Of a DNA stretch of 64,000 nt, positions 20,068-27,461 are shown one piece after another. Positions within the stretch are counted from its first letter, which is position 1, and each line of letters starts with the position of its first letter. Both the position numbers and the translations under genes were made by a program. This DNA comes from Candidatus Paceibacter normanii SCGC AAA255-P19 (lineage in GTDB: Bacteria; Patescibacteriota; Minisyncoccia; Minisyncoccales; Paceibacteraceae), in the NCBI GenBank assembly GCA_000398025.1, contig ASKX01000003.1, forward strand, positions 6,143 to 70,142, read 5' to 3'. Below the pieces are notes generated by a model. It did not search any database. It was not told the origin of the DNA and saw only the letters and a list, made by a program, of their open reading frames with translations.

Positions 20068-20079
20068 ACCCAGATTATT

Positions 20080-20625
20080 ATGATAAACCTACTCCCCCAA
20101 CAACAAAAAGAAGAATTACGAAAGGAAGAAAGTTTTAAGTTGGTTTTGATTTTGGGAATAACTGTTTTAGCTTTTCTGGTTTGTTTGTCTTTGATTTTGT
20201 TTTCAATAAAAATTTTAATTGAGACCCAATTAGATGTTCAAAAAGTTTTTCTCAGCCAAAAAGAAGCTAAAACTTCTCAAACTAAAGATTTAGAAAAAAG
20301 GATTAAAGATTTAAACTTAACCCTTTCTCAATTAGATTATTTTTATCAGCATAAGCCAGATTGGCTGGAGATTTTAGAAACAATTCCTCAAACTCTTCCT
20401 TTGGGTACTTATTTAACCGCTATCAATCTGCGTCAGCCTTCTAGCGAAAAAGAAGAACATTTGGGAGAAATTTTTTTAGCTGGTTACTGTCCCTCCCGAG
20501 AGCTTTTAACTGATTTTAAGAAAAACTTAGAAGCAGAGGGAAGATTCCAAGAAGTCTTTTTCCCTTCCTCAAATTGGGTAGAACCTACGGATATCAATTT
20601 CACTGTCAACTTTAAGATTCAATGA
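20080..20625 (+). CDS. pilN: PilN-like pilus assembly protein
   Basis: MINLLPQQQKEE N-terminus, single TM, positioned after pilM. Confidence 0.75.
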   Translation: MINLLPQQQKEELRKEESFKLVLILGITVLAFLVCLSLILFSIKILIETQLDVQKVFLSQKEAKTSQTKDLEKRIKDLNLTLSQLDYFYQHKPDWLEILETIPQTLPLGTYLTAINLRQPSSEKEEHLGEIFLAGYCPSRELLTDFKKNLEAEGRFQEVFFPSSNWVEPTDINFTVNFKIQ

Positions 20626-21182
20626 GTATTTCAAATCAAATTAAAATATCGGCGGTTGTTTTTGTGATTTTGGGTGCCTGCTTTATTATGTTTTTAATCT
20701 ATCCTCTCTTTGAAGGGATTACGAAAAATTCAGAAGAGGTGCTAACTCAAAAGGCTGCCTTATTGGTTTTTGAAGCTAAAACCGAGAACGTCAAAGAATT
20801 TAAAAGTTATTCTCGGGAGATTGCGCCAAATTTAGAAAAAATCGAATCAATTTTTGTCGATCCCGAAGTGCCAGTAGAATTCATTAAATTTCTAGAAAAA
20901 ATCGCTAGAGACTGCCAAGTTTCCCTTAAAGTTTCTTCTATTTCCAGCCAGCCAGACAGAAAAGCTATTTGGCCAGCTTTAACCCTGCAGGCGACTTCCT
21001 TCAGTCCTTTGCCCGATTTGCTGAGGTTTTTGGATAAGGTTAATTCAAGCATTTACTTAATTGAAATTCAAAACATAAACATTAGCCGGTTAACTGAAGC
21101 TGAAGTAAAAACCCCAAAATTGGAAAACTTTTCCGTGGGTGACGCTCGAGCCAGTTTTTCTCTAAAAGTTTTTGCTAAATAG
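20622..21182 (+). CDS. pilO: PilO-like pilus assembly protein
   Basis: Single TM, coiled segment, ferredoxin-like C-terminal half. Overlaps the pilN stop. Confidence 0.65.
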   Translation: MSISNQIKISAVVFVILGACFIMFLIYPLFEGITKNSEEVLTQKAALLVFEAKTENVKEFKSYSREIAPNLEKIESIFVDPEVPVEFIKFLEKIARDCQVSLKVSSISSQPDRKAIWPALTLQATSFSPLPDLLRFLDKVNSSIYLIEIQNINISRLTEAEVKTPKLENFSVGDARASFSLKVFAK

Positions 21183-21197
21183 CCTACAAATAAAGAC

Positions 21198-21497
21198 ATG
21201 TTTAAGTTAAAACGACTAAAATTTAAAAAAATTAAAGATTTTTTGAAAGAATTACCCAAAGCTTTGGGGGAGCGCGCCTTTTTTACTTTTTTAGGTTTCT
21301 TAATTATTGCTCTGATTATCGGCGGTTTAATCTTTTATAATTTCTATATTTTAATAGAGAAAAAAGAGCCTCAGATTTCTGAAAGGCCTCTTCAATTTAA
21401 AGAGAAAACTTACCAGGGGGTTTTAAAAGCTTGGCAGGAAAAAGAAAAAAGATTTGAAGCGGCTGATGCCAAAGAATATCCCGATCCCTTCAGATAA
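21198..21497 (+). CDS. Small membrane protein, fourth member of the pilMNO operon
   Basis: Single TM (FFTFLGFLIIALIIGGLIFY). C-terminus is YPDPFR. An analogous protein sits at 52351..52632. Confidence 0.55.
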   Translation: MFKLKRLKFKKIKDFLKELPKALGERAFFTFLGFLIIALIIGGLIFYNFYILIEKKEPQISERPLQFKEKTYQGVLKAWQEKEKRFEAADAKEYPDPFR

Positions 21498-21512
21498 GGT
21501 TAACTTCGCTCG

Positions 21513-21541
21513 TTGACTAGCGAAGAAATTTTCTGTATAAT
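21513..21541 (+). promoter_or_regulatory. Sigma70-like promoter of tRNA-Arg/tRNA-His
   Basis: TTGACT, 17 nt, TATAAT, ending 13 nt before the tRNA. The -35 hexamer sits in the loop of hairpin CTTCGCT/AGCGAAG (21504..21525). Confidence 0.65.
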
Positions 21542-21554
21542 ATTTAAGTTAATT

Positions 21555-21628
21555 GCCCCTGTAGCTCAATTGGATAGAGCGAAGGGTTTCTAACCCTTAG
21601 GTTGTACGTTCGAGTCGTGCCAGGGGCA
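21555..21628 (+). tRNA. tRNA-Arg(UCU)
   Basis: Acceptor GCCCCTG/CAGGGGC, anticodon loop TTTCTAA, T-loop TTCGAGT. Confidence 0.9.
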
Positions 21629-21631
21629 CAT

Positions 21632-21703
21632 GGTGGTCGTAGCTTAATGGCAAAGCTCCTGACTGTGGCTCAGGTGATGGGAGTTCGATTCTCCTCGACC
21701 ACC
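21632..21703 (+). tRNA. tRNA-His(GUG) with encoded G-1
   Basis: G-1 plus acceptor GTGGTCG/CGACCAC and C73. Anticodon loop CTGTGGC. T-loop TTCGATT. Confidence 0.9.
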
Positions 21704-21753
21704 CAAGCTGTAAGCGAAGGGGAAAGAAGAGGTTTATCTCTTCGACCACCCAA
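21703..21753 (+). repeat. R1-like fragment plus a duplicated tRNA-His 3' end
   Basis: CCAAGCTgtaAGCGAAGGGGAAA, then hairpin GAAGAG-gtttat-CTCTTC, then CGACCACCCAA. The last segment repeats tRNA positions 21696..21706. Confidence 0.6.
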
Positions 21754-21778
21754 ACAAAAAACAGCCTTTTAAGCTGTT
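21751..21778 (-). terminator. Rho-independent terminator of the htrA-like gene
   Basis: Minus strand reads AACAGC-ttaaaag-GCTGTT followed by TTTTGTTTG. Confidence 0.6.
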
Positions 21779-21784
21779 CTTGCT

Positions 21785-22810
21785 TTACTTTTTTTCTCCG
21801 AGTTTCATTTTGATTATTATTTTCTTGCCGTTTCGTAAAACCTTTAAAAAAATTTCCTCGCCAATTTTGAATTTTTGCAATATATTAGCTAGAGGATTTT
21901 TATCAGTAATCTTTTCTTTCTGACACTCCAAAATAATATCAAACTCTTTCAGGCCAGCTTTGTCGGCTGCCGACCCTTTAACCACCGCCGACTCGCCCAA
22001 GGTCTGCCTCAAAATCAAAGCTCCGTAATCTACCGGCAGCTTATTTTTTTCAGCAACCTGTTTATTGATAAGAATATATCTTACTCCCAAAAACGGCCTT
22101 TTGATCTTTCCGTATTTCTTAATTTCTTCCAAATCTTTCTTGGCCGGATTAATGGGGATAGCGAACCCAATATTTTGAGCTCCCATAACCATAGCCGTAT
22201 TAATTCCAATAGCCTTACCTTCAATGTTTACTAAAGGGCCGCCTGAATTGCCAGGGTTAATGGCCGCGTCCGTCTGAATTAGCCCTCTTAAATGGGCAGC
22301 TTGGGTTGCCAAGCCAGAAAAAGCAGTAATCATCCTGCTCATTCCCGAAACCACGCCAGTACTGACCGTGTCGTGGAATTCTCCCAAGGCATTGCCTACC
22401 GCTACTACGGTTTGACCCAGCTCAATTTTTTCCGAATCGCCTAATTCTAAACAAGGGAATTTTTTTCCTTTGATTTTAAGAATGGCAATATCATTAATCG
22501 GGTCGCGAGATATTACCTTAGCCGGATATTTTTTCTCTGGCTCAAAAAGCACAGTATAGTCTGCTTCCGGGTCGCTGACCACATGAGAGCTGGTTAAAAT
22601 ATAGCCGTCAGAAGAAACAATAAAGCCAGACCCTCCCCCAATTTTTGTTCTCTCCCTTTTTTTGTTAAACTTTGGGACAACAAATTTCTGTCTGCCGAAA
22701 GGGAAAAGATAAAAACCCTCTATTTTGGGTAAATCTTTAGAAATAACCACAGTAATAACTGCCGGGCAGACCTTTTTAGCAATTTCAATAATGGGGGATT
22801 TTTCTGGCAT
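21785..22810 (-). CDS. HtrA/DegP-family serine protease with PDZ domain
   Basis: Catalytic contexts TSSHVV, DIAILKI and GNSGGPLVN. C-terminal PDZ-like region. Confidence 0.85.
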   Translation of the reverse strand: MPEKSPIIEIAKKVCPAVITVVISKDLPKIEGFYLFPFGRQKFVVPKFNKKRERTKIGGGSGFIVSSDGYILTSSHVVSDPEADYTVLFEPEKKYPAKVISRDPINDIAILKIKGKKFPCLELGDSEKIELGQTVVAVGNALGEFHDTVSTGVVSGMSRMITAFSGLATQAAHLRGLIQTDAAINPGNSGGPLVNIEGKAIGINTAMVMGAQNIGFAIPINPAKKDLEEIKKYGKIKRPFLGVRYILINKQVAEKNKLPVDYGALILRQTLGESAVVKGSAADKAGLKEFDIILECQKEKITDKNPLANILQKFKIGEEIFLKVLRNGKKIIIKMKLGEKK

Positions 22811-22834
22811 TTTAATAAATGAAAAATTTATTAA

Positions 22835-22864
22835 AAGGTGAAATGAATCGAAGATTCATTGACC
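22835..22864 (+). repeat. R1 half copy (linker plus hairpin 2)
   Basis: AAGGTGAA-ATGAATC-gaa-GATTCAT-TGACC. Confidence 0.5.
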
Positions 22865-22887
22865 ATACAATTAATTTTATCATAGAC

Positions 22888-22938
22888 GCAAGCCGCGTCA
22901 ATCGCGGTGAAGCGTGAAGATGAACAAAGTTCATCGCC
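22888..22938 (+). repeat. R1 double-hairpin repeat
   Basis: GCAAG-CCGCG-tcaat-CGCGG-TGAAGCGTGAA-GATGAAC-aaa-GTTCATC-GCC. Confidence 0.65.
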
Positions 22939-22989
22939 ATTTAACTTGTCAACAAGTGGAAAAATTGCTAAAATATTTCTATAATACTT

Positions 22990-23064
22990 GCCCCTATAGT
23001 TCAACGGATAGAACAAGAGACTCCTAAGCTCTAAATCTAGGTTCAATTCCTAGTGGGGGCACCA
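22990..23064 (+). tRNA. tRNA-Arg(CCU), CCA encoded
   Basis: Acceptor GCCCCTA/TGGGGGC, anticodon loop CTCCTAA, T-loop TTCAATT, 3' ACCA. Confidence 0.9.
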
Positions 23065-23066
23065 AG

Positions 23067-23140
23067 GGGCCCGTAGCTCAATTGGTAGTAGCGCCTCAAT
23101 GGCATTGAGGAGGTTAGGGGTTCGAGCCCCCTCGGGTCCA
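23067..23140 (+). tRNA. tRNA-Ala(GGC)
   Basis: Acceptor GGGCCCG/CGGGTCC with the G3:U70 pair. Anticodon loop ATGGCAT. T-loop TTCGAGC. Confidence 0.85.
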
Positions 23141-23141
23141 C

Positions 23142-24140
23142 ATGAAAATCGCAGTTTTGGAACCTGGCGCCTGGGGTACTGCCCTGGGAATTATTTTAAG
23201 CAAAGAAGTCGATGAACTAAGTTTTTGGTATGGAGATAGTAGATTAGTCAAGAAACTTTCTCAATTTAGAGAAAATGAAAGACTGCCCGGAATTAAAATC
23301 CCTCCAGAAATTTTCATTTCTCCAGACTTAAAAAAAACAATTGAAAAAGCTGATTTAATTATCATTGCTTCTCCTTCCTTCAATTTCCGTCAAACATTAG
23401 TAAATCTTAAAAAAATTAAAAATTTACCGCCTTTATTGGGTATTGCCAAAGGAATAGAAAAAAGAACCTTAAAAGTTCCTTCCCAAATTGTCAACGAGCT
23501 TTTAGCTAAAGTTCCCTACGCTCATTTATCAGGACCGGGCTTTGCTAAAGAAATTATTAGAGGAAAAACAGCCAAAGAAGTGATAGCTTCAGAAAGCCGA
23601 GATTTATTGAGGGAACTTAAAAAGATTTTTAAGACAAAACCCTTAAAAGTTTCTTTTACTACCGACCTAATGGGAGTTCAGTTGGCCGGCGCCTTAAAAA
23701 ATGCCATATCCATTGGTATTAGTTTGGTGGAGGCAAGCGTTGCCAATCCTGGGAAGAAAAAAATTGCTAAAAACTTAATTCGAGTTGGCTTAAGAGAAAT
23801 GATAGAGATTGGAGAAGCAATGGGGGGGAAGCGAAAAACTTTTTTAGGACCGGCTGGCTTCGGGGATTTAATCTTAACCTCAACTAATCCTTTGTCCCGG
23901 AACTTCCAATTTGGCAAAGCTCTCATTTTTGATGCTGACAAAATGAGAAAAGACATTGCTAAAAAGAAACTAACCGTGGAGGGATTTGACAATGTTTTCG
24001 CCCTTTATAAGTTAGGGAAAATTCATAATTTAGATCTGCCAATGATTGAAGAAACCTATAAAGCAATTTACAAAAAAACTTCTCCCCAAAGAACTGTTAA
24101 TAATTTAATTAATTTAACGGAGGCGTGCGAGAGTGGTTGA
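23142..24140 (+). CDS. gpsA: NAD(P)H-dependent glycerol-3-phosphate dehydrogenase
   Basis: MKIAVLEPGAWGTALG Rossmann motif and GVQLAGALKN. The last 22 nt run into tRNA-Ser. Confidence 0.85.
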   Translation: MKIAVLEPGAWGTALGIILSKEVDELSFWYGDSRLVKKLSQFRENERLPGIKIPPEIFISPDLKKTIEKADLIIIASPSFNFRQTLVNLKKIKNLPPLLGIAKGIEKRTLKVPSQIVNELLAKVPYAHLSGPGFAKEIIRGKTAKEVIASESRDLLRELKKIFKTKPLKVSFTTDLMGVQLAGALKNAISIGISLVEASVANPGKKKIAKNLIRVGLREMIEIGEAMGGKRKTFLGPAGFGDLILTSTNPLSRNFQFGKALIFDADKMRKDIAKKKLTVEGFDNVFALYKLGKIHNLDLPMIEETYKAIYKKTSPQRTVNNLINLTEACESG

Positions 24141-24208
24141 ATCGGGCAGTTTCGAAAACTGCTATAGCCAAAAGGCTATCGAAGGTTCGAATCCTTCCGC
24201 CTCCGCCA
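24119..24208 (+). tRNA. tRNA-Ser(CGA), CCA encoded
   Basis: Acceptor GGAGGCG/CGCCTCC, anticodon loop TTCGAAA, long variable arm TATAGCCAAAAGGCTATC, 3' GCCA. Confidence 0.9.
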
Positions 24209-24214
24209 AAATAT

Positions 24215-24575
24215 ATGGAATTCTTTAAAAAAGAAAAAAAAAGAACCCAAGGATTTAAAAGAAGTTTTGGCTCAATTTAAGGGTTTGGAGAAAAATTTGG
24301 AAAAGCTTTCCCAGGACCTAGAAACTCTAAAAAAAGAAAGCCAGTTTTCGGTTCAAAAAATGGGGGTGGTCAGATTTAATCCTTTTTCAGAAATTGGCGG
24401 CGACCAAAGCTTTTCTGCGGCTTTCCTAGATGGAAACGATAACGGATTGGTGATTACCAGCCTTTATACTCGGGAAGGAAATAGGGTTTACGGAAAACCA
24501 ATTAAAAAAGGAGCTTCTGAGCATTCTTTATCCCAAGAAGAAAAAGAAGCAATATCAAGAGCCAAGGGCTCGTAA
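24215..24575 (+). CDS. DUF4446-like protein with an apparent frameshift in an A9 run
   Basis: ATG 24215 gives MEFFKKEKK. Removing one A from 24234..24242 joins it to EPKDLKEVLAQFKG...VVRFNPFSEIGGDQSF...SLYTREGNRVY (ORF 24267..24575). Confidence 0.6.
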
Positions 24576-24690
24576 TTTCCAATTTCCAATTTCCAATTTT
24601 CAATAAATGTCACAATTTCCAAACCGTTTAATTGATAATTGATTCATTGAAAATTCATTGTAAATTGATAATTGTAAATTGATAATTTCA
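24574..24690. repeat. CAATTTY heptamer arrays in opposed orientation (R2)
   Basis: AATTTCC x3 plus AATTTTC at 24574..24601. Reverse-orientation units (ATAATTG, AAAATTC, TAAATTG) at 24631..24690. Contains the 14-mer TTGAAAATTCATTG. Confidence 0.7.
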
Positions 24691-24700
24691 GAGATGTTTT

Positions 24701-26215
24701 ATGGCTAGAAAGTCTGAACAACAAAATAAGGACAATTTACAGCCTCGCCCTCCTGTGGTTGTTATCTTGGGCCATGTTGATTCGGGCAAAACCTCAATTT
24801 TGGACTACATTCGGAAAACCCATGTGGCGGAAAAAGAGGCAGGCGGGATTACCCAACATATCGGTGCTTACCAAATTGAGAAAGATAACAAAAAAATTAC
24901 CTTCATTGATACCCCGGGGCATGAAGCTTTTTCAGCGATGAGGTCGCGGGGAGCCAAAGTGGCTGACATTGCTGTTTTAGTAGTAGATACTACTCAAGGC
25001 GTTCAACCTCAAACCAAAGAAGCAATTTCTCAGGCTAAGTTAGCTGGCCTGCCTATTATTGTTGCTTTAAACAAAATTGATAGGCCAGAGGCCGGTTTAG
25101 AAAAAGCCAAAGGAGAACTATCCAAAGAGGAGGTAGTGGTAGAAAGCTTAGGGGGCAAGGTTCCTTCAATTGAAACCTCAGCTCAAAACGGTCAAGGGAT
25201 CGAGGGGCTTTTAGAATTGATATTATTGGTAGCTGAGATGGAAGGACTGAAAGCAGATTTCTCTCAGCCTAGCCAGGGCGTAGTGATTGAATCTTATTTG
25301 GACCACCAAAAAGGCCCTTCCGCCACCCTGCTTTTAAATAAGGGATTTCTGAAATCGGGTGATATTATTGCTACTCCTTCCACGCTAGGAAAGATTAGAA
25401 GTTTAGAAGATTTTCAAGGAAAAATTATTTCTGAGGCTTTGCCTGCCCAGCCCGTAAAGGTAATTGGTTTTGAAGAAGCTCCTCGGGTAGGAGAAGATTT
25501 TCAAGTTTTCTCTAGCGCTGAGGAAGCTAAAAGTTATCTTAAGGCTCCGGAGAAAAAAGCCGTGAGTCCGCCAGCTGGCGGATTAAAAATAGAGGAGGGG
25601 CAGAAGGTTTTAAATTTAATTTTAAAAACCGACGTTCTAGGAACAGCCGAAGCCATTGAGGGAGTTTTGAAAAAGCTTCCTCAAGAGAAAATAGTTTTAA
25701 GAGTTCTAAAATCAGAAGCTGGTCAAATTTCTGAGTCAGATATCGAATTGGCTAAAGGAGGGCGGGCAGTTATTTTAGGTTTTCGGGTAAAACTTAACCT
25801 GGTGGCTCAAAGATTAGCCGAAAGAGAGAAAGTAAAAATAATGATTTTTGATGTTATTTACGAGTTGGCGGAAGGAGTCCGCAAGTTTATGGAGAGAATT
25901 TTAGAACCAGAAACAGTTAGAATAGAGTTAGGCAAGGTAAAAGCTTTAGCCATTTTCCTGTCTGAGAAAAATCGTCAAATTGTCGGAGGAAGGGTTATTG
26001 AGGGAGAAGTTCTCAAAGGAGCCTCAATCGAAGTTTTTAGGGCAGAAGAGTTAGTGGGTAAGGGGAAAATGGTTAATCTTCAAAGAAACAAAAAAGATGC
26101 GGACAAAGTAAACAAGGGCGAAGAATGCGGAATACTTTACGAGGGAGATACAAAAATTTCCGAGAATGACGTACTAGCCATTTATACTGAAGAAAAAAAG
26201 AAAGGCGAATTATGA
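24701..26215 (+). CDS. infB: Translation initiation factor IF-2 (short form)
   Basis: G domain begins at residue about 20 (GHVDSGKTS, DTPGHEAF, NKID). 504 aa, so the long N-terminal region of classical IF-2 is absent. Confidence 0.9.
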   Translation: MARKSEQQNKDNLQPRPPVVVILGHVDSGKTSILDYIRKTHVAEKEAGGITQHIGAYQIEKDNKKITFIDTPGHEAFSAMRSRGAKVADIAVLVVDTTQGVQPQTKEAISQAKLAGLPIIVALNKIDRPEAGLEKAKGELSKEEVVVESLGGKVPSIETSAQNGQGIEGLLELILLVAEMEGLKADFSQPSQGVVIESYLDHQKGPSATLLLNKGFLKSGDIIATPSTLGKIRSLEDFQGKIISEALPAQPVKVIGFEEAPRVGEDFQVFSSAEEAKSYLKAPEKKAVSPPAGGLKIEEGQKVLNLILKTDVLGTAEAIEGVLKKLPQEKIVLRVLKSEAGQISESDIELAKGGRAVILGFRVKLNLVAQRLAEREKVKIMIFDVIYELAEGVRKFMERILEPETVRIELGKVKALAIFLSEKNRQIVGGRVIEGEVLKGASIEVFRAEELVGKGKMVNLQRNKKDADKVNKGEECGILYEGDTKISENDVLAIYTEEKKKGEL

Positions 26216-26559
26216 CAACTAAACGCATTCAGCGTGTTAATCAGCTAATAAAAAAAGAACTAAGCCAGATCCTTTTAAGAGAAATTGAGTTTCCCAGAGA
26301 CGTTTTGGTAACCGTAACCAGAGTGGAAACTTCAGCGGATTTGAACCAGACTAAAGTCTTTATTAGCGCCTTGCCAGAAAACCAAAGTGAGAAAGTTTTA
26401 TCGTTACTTAATCGACAAATTTATGAAATTCAGCAAGAACTAAATAAACGGTTGAAGATGAAATTTATTCCCAAAATAGAATTTTGGGAAGAAAAGAGGA
26501 CTAAAGAGGCAGGCGAAATAGAAGAGATTTTAGAAGAAATTAAAAACCGAACGAAATGA
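26212..26559 (+). CDS. rbfA: Ribosome-binding factor A
   Basis: 115 aa. RVNQLIKKELSQIL... Follows infB with an ATGA overlap. Confidence 0.85.
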   Translation: MTTKRIQRVNQLIKKELSQILLREIEFPRDVLVTVTRVETSADLNQTKVFISALPENQSEKVLSLLNRQIYEIQQELNKRLKMKFIPKIEFWEEKRTKEAGEIEEILEEIKNRTK

Positions 26560-26597
26560 TTGAAAAAAGCTAAAAAAGTGTTAAAATGATGGCGCGC

Positions 26598-26670
26598 GGC
26601 CAGGTAGCCAAGTAGCTAAGGCGTCGGTCTGCAAAACCGATATACACGGGTGCAAATCCCGTCCTGGCCT
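26598..26670 (+). tRNA. tRNA-Cys(GCA) with atypical D/T loops
   Basis: Acceptor GGCCAGG/CCTGGCC, U73, A13:A22 mismatch, anticodon loop CTGCAAA. T-loop reads TGCAAAT and the D-loop AGTAGCTA lacks GG. Confidence 0.8.
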
Positions 26671-26676
26671 CAAAAA

Positions 26677-26727
26677 CCGAGCCCGCTTTGACGGGCGAAG
26701 GTGAAGAAGAAGAGAATCTTCTTCGAC
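26677..26727 (+). repeat. R1 double-hairpin repeat filling the tRNA-Cys/tRNA-Leu spacer
   Basis: CCGA-GCCCG-ctttga-CGGGC-GAAGGTGAA-GAAGAAG-agaat-CTTCTTC-GAC. Confidence 0.75.
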
Positions 26728-26728
26728 T

Positions 26729-26811
26729 GCCCGGGTGGTGGAATGGTAGACACGCAAGACTTAAAATCTTGTAAGCGTAAGCTTGTGCGGGTTCGACTCC
26801 CGCCCCGGGCA
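26729..26811 (+). tRNA. tRNA-Leu(UAA)
   Basis: Acceptor GCCCGGG/CCCGGGC, anticodon loop CTTAAAA, variable arm TAAGCGTAAGCTTGT, T-loop TTCGACT. Confidence 0.9.
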
Positions 26812-26813
26812 TC

Positions 26814-26843
26814 AAAAAACACCCTTTTGGGTGTATTTTTGTT
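26814..26843. terminator. Bidirectional rho-independent terminator
   Basis: A-run, then ACACCC-tttt-GGGTGT, then ATTTTTGTT. Lies between the plus-strand tRNAs and the minus-strand 3D-domain gene. Confidence 0.7.
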
Positions 26844-26878
26844 GAGGATTTTTTGTTGAAGATTATCTTCGGCAAATC

Positions 26879-27397
26879 TTAGTTTTCTAGGATTTCAATA
26901 TAAGTTCTTTTAGCTCCAAAGCTTTTAGCTTCTCCATAGGAAGCAAACCAAATATCAAAATGATAATTACCTTTTGTCCAGTGCATTCTGTCTTCGACGA
27001 CAAAGACTTTATCGCCATAAATTTCTGGCAATTTAATTTTGGTTCCAAAGGGAAGATAATTATTGGCGATGATGCCATCTCTTACCCAGGTACCAGCAGC
27101 TGTGATAAAGGGATCTTCATCGGTCTCCCAGGGAGAGCTAGAGTAGGCAGTAACAATTACCCTTAGCTTTCTAACTGGCTGTGAGGAAGGATTAAGAGGA
27201 TTGGAGGTAGCGACTAAGCTATTGCCTTCAATTATTGTTAGACCGTTTGAATCTTCGGAAGCTAAAAAATCAGCCAGAACAGCGCCTTGGCTTTTTGACT
27301 CAAATACCGGTATCAATCCCAATAAAAGACCAGAAACAACTAAGCCAATTAAGAATTTTTGCCCTGCCAGAACAGGGAAACTTAAATGATAATCCAT
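26879..27397 (-). CDS. 3D (Asp-Asp-Asp) domain protein, MltA/RlpA-like barrel
   Basis: N-terminal TM. VTAYSSSPWETDEDPFITAAG...GTKIKLPE...VEDRM...FDIWF is typical of 3D domains. Confidence 0.75.
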   Translation of the reverse strand: MDYHLSFPVLAGQKFLIGLVVSGLLLGLIPVFESKSQGAVLADFLASEDSNGLTIIEGNSLVATSNPLNPSSQPVRKLRVIVTAYSSSPWETDEDPFITAAGTWVRDGIIANNYLPFGTKIKLPEIYGDKVFVVEDRMHWTKGNYHFDIWFASYGEAKSFGAKRTYIEILEN

Positions 27398-27426
27398 CTC
27401 GAAACCCCGTTTTAAGGGGTTCTACT

Positions 27427-27455
27427 ATAATAACTTATTCAAAAGTCGATGTCAA
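27427..27455 (-). promoter_or_regulatory. Sigma70-like promoter of the 3D-domain gene
   Basis: Minus strand reads TTGACA, 17 nt, TATTAT. The leader contains hairpin GAACCCC-ttaaaac-GGGGTTT just upstream of the ATG. Confidence 0.55.
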
Positions 27456-27461
27456 GGGCAG

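Noticed and set aside
21691-21753. tRNA-His 3'-end duplication as attL/attR of an integrated prophage or island
   Set aside because: The two copies are only 47 nt apart and no integrase or cargo lies between them. I kept it as a mini-insertion or scar observation instead. The tRNA-Gly(GCC) duplication at 27462..27493 is treated the same way.
24574-24690. Possible CRISPR array (short direct repeats here and at 59244..59304 and 61956..61990; recurring R1 hairpins)
   Set aside because: The units are 7 nt tandem repeats with no spacers. R1 copies are dispersed singly, or as one tandem pair, with no regular repeat-spacer periodicity. No cas genes are present.
26570-26875. 101-aa minus-strand ORF
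   Set aside because: It lies entirely over tRNA-Cys, an R1 repeat, tRNA-Leu and a terminator. G+C-rich tRNA DNA gives open frames by chance. The same reasoning applies to ORFs 10138..10374, 27449..27890 and 49051..49294.
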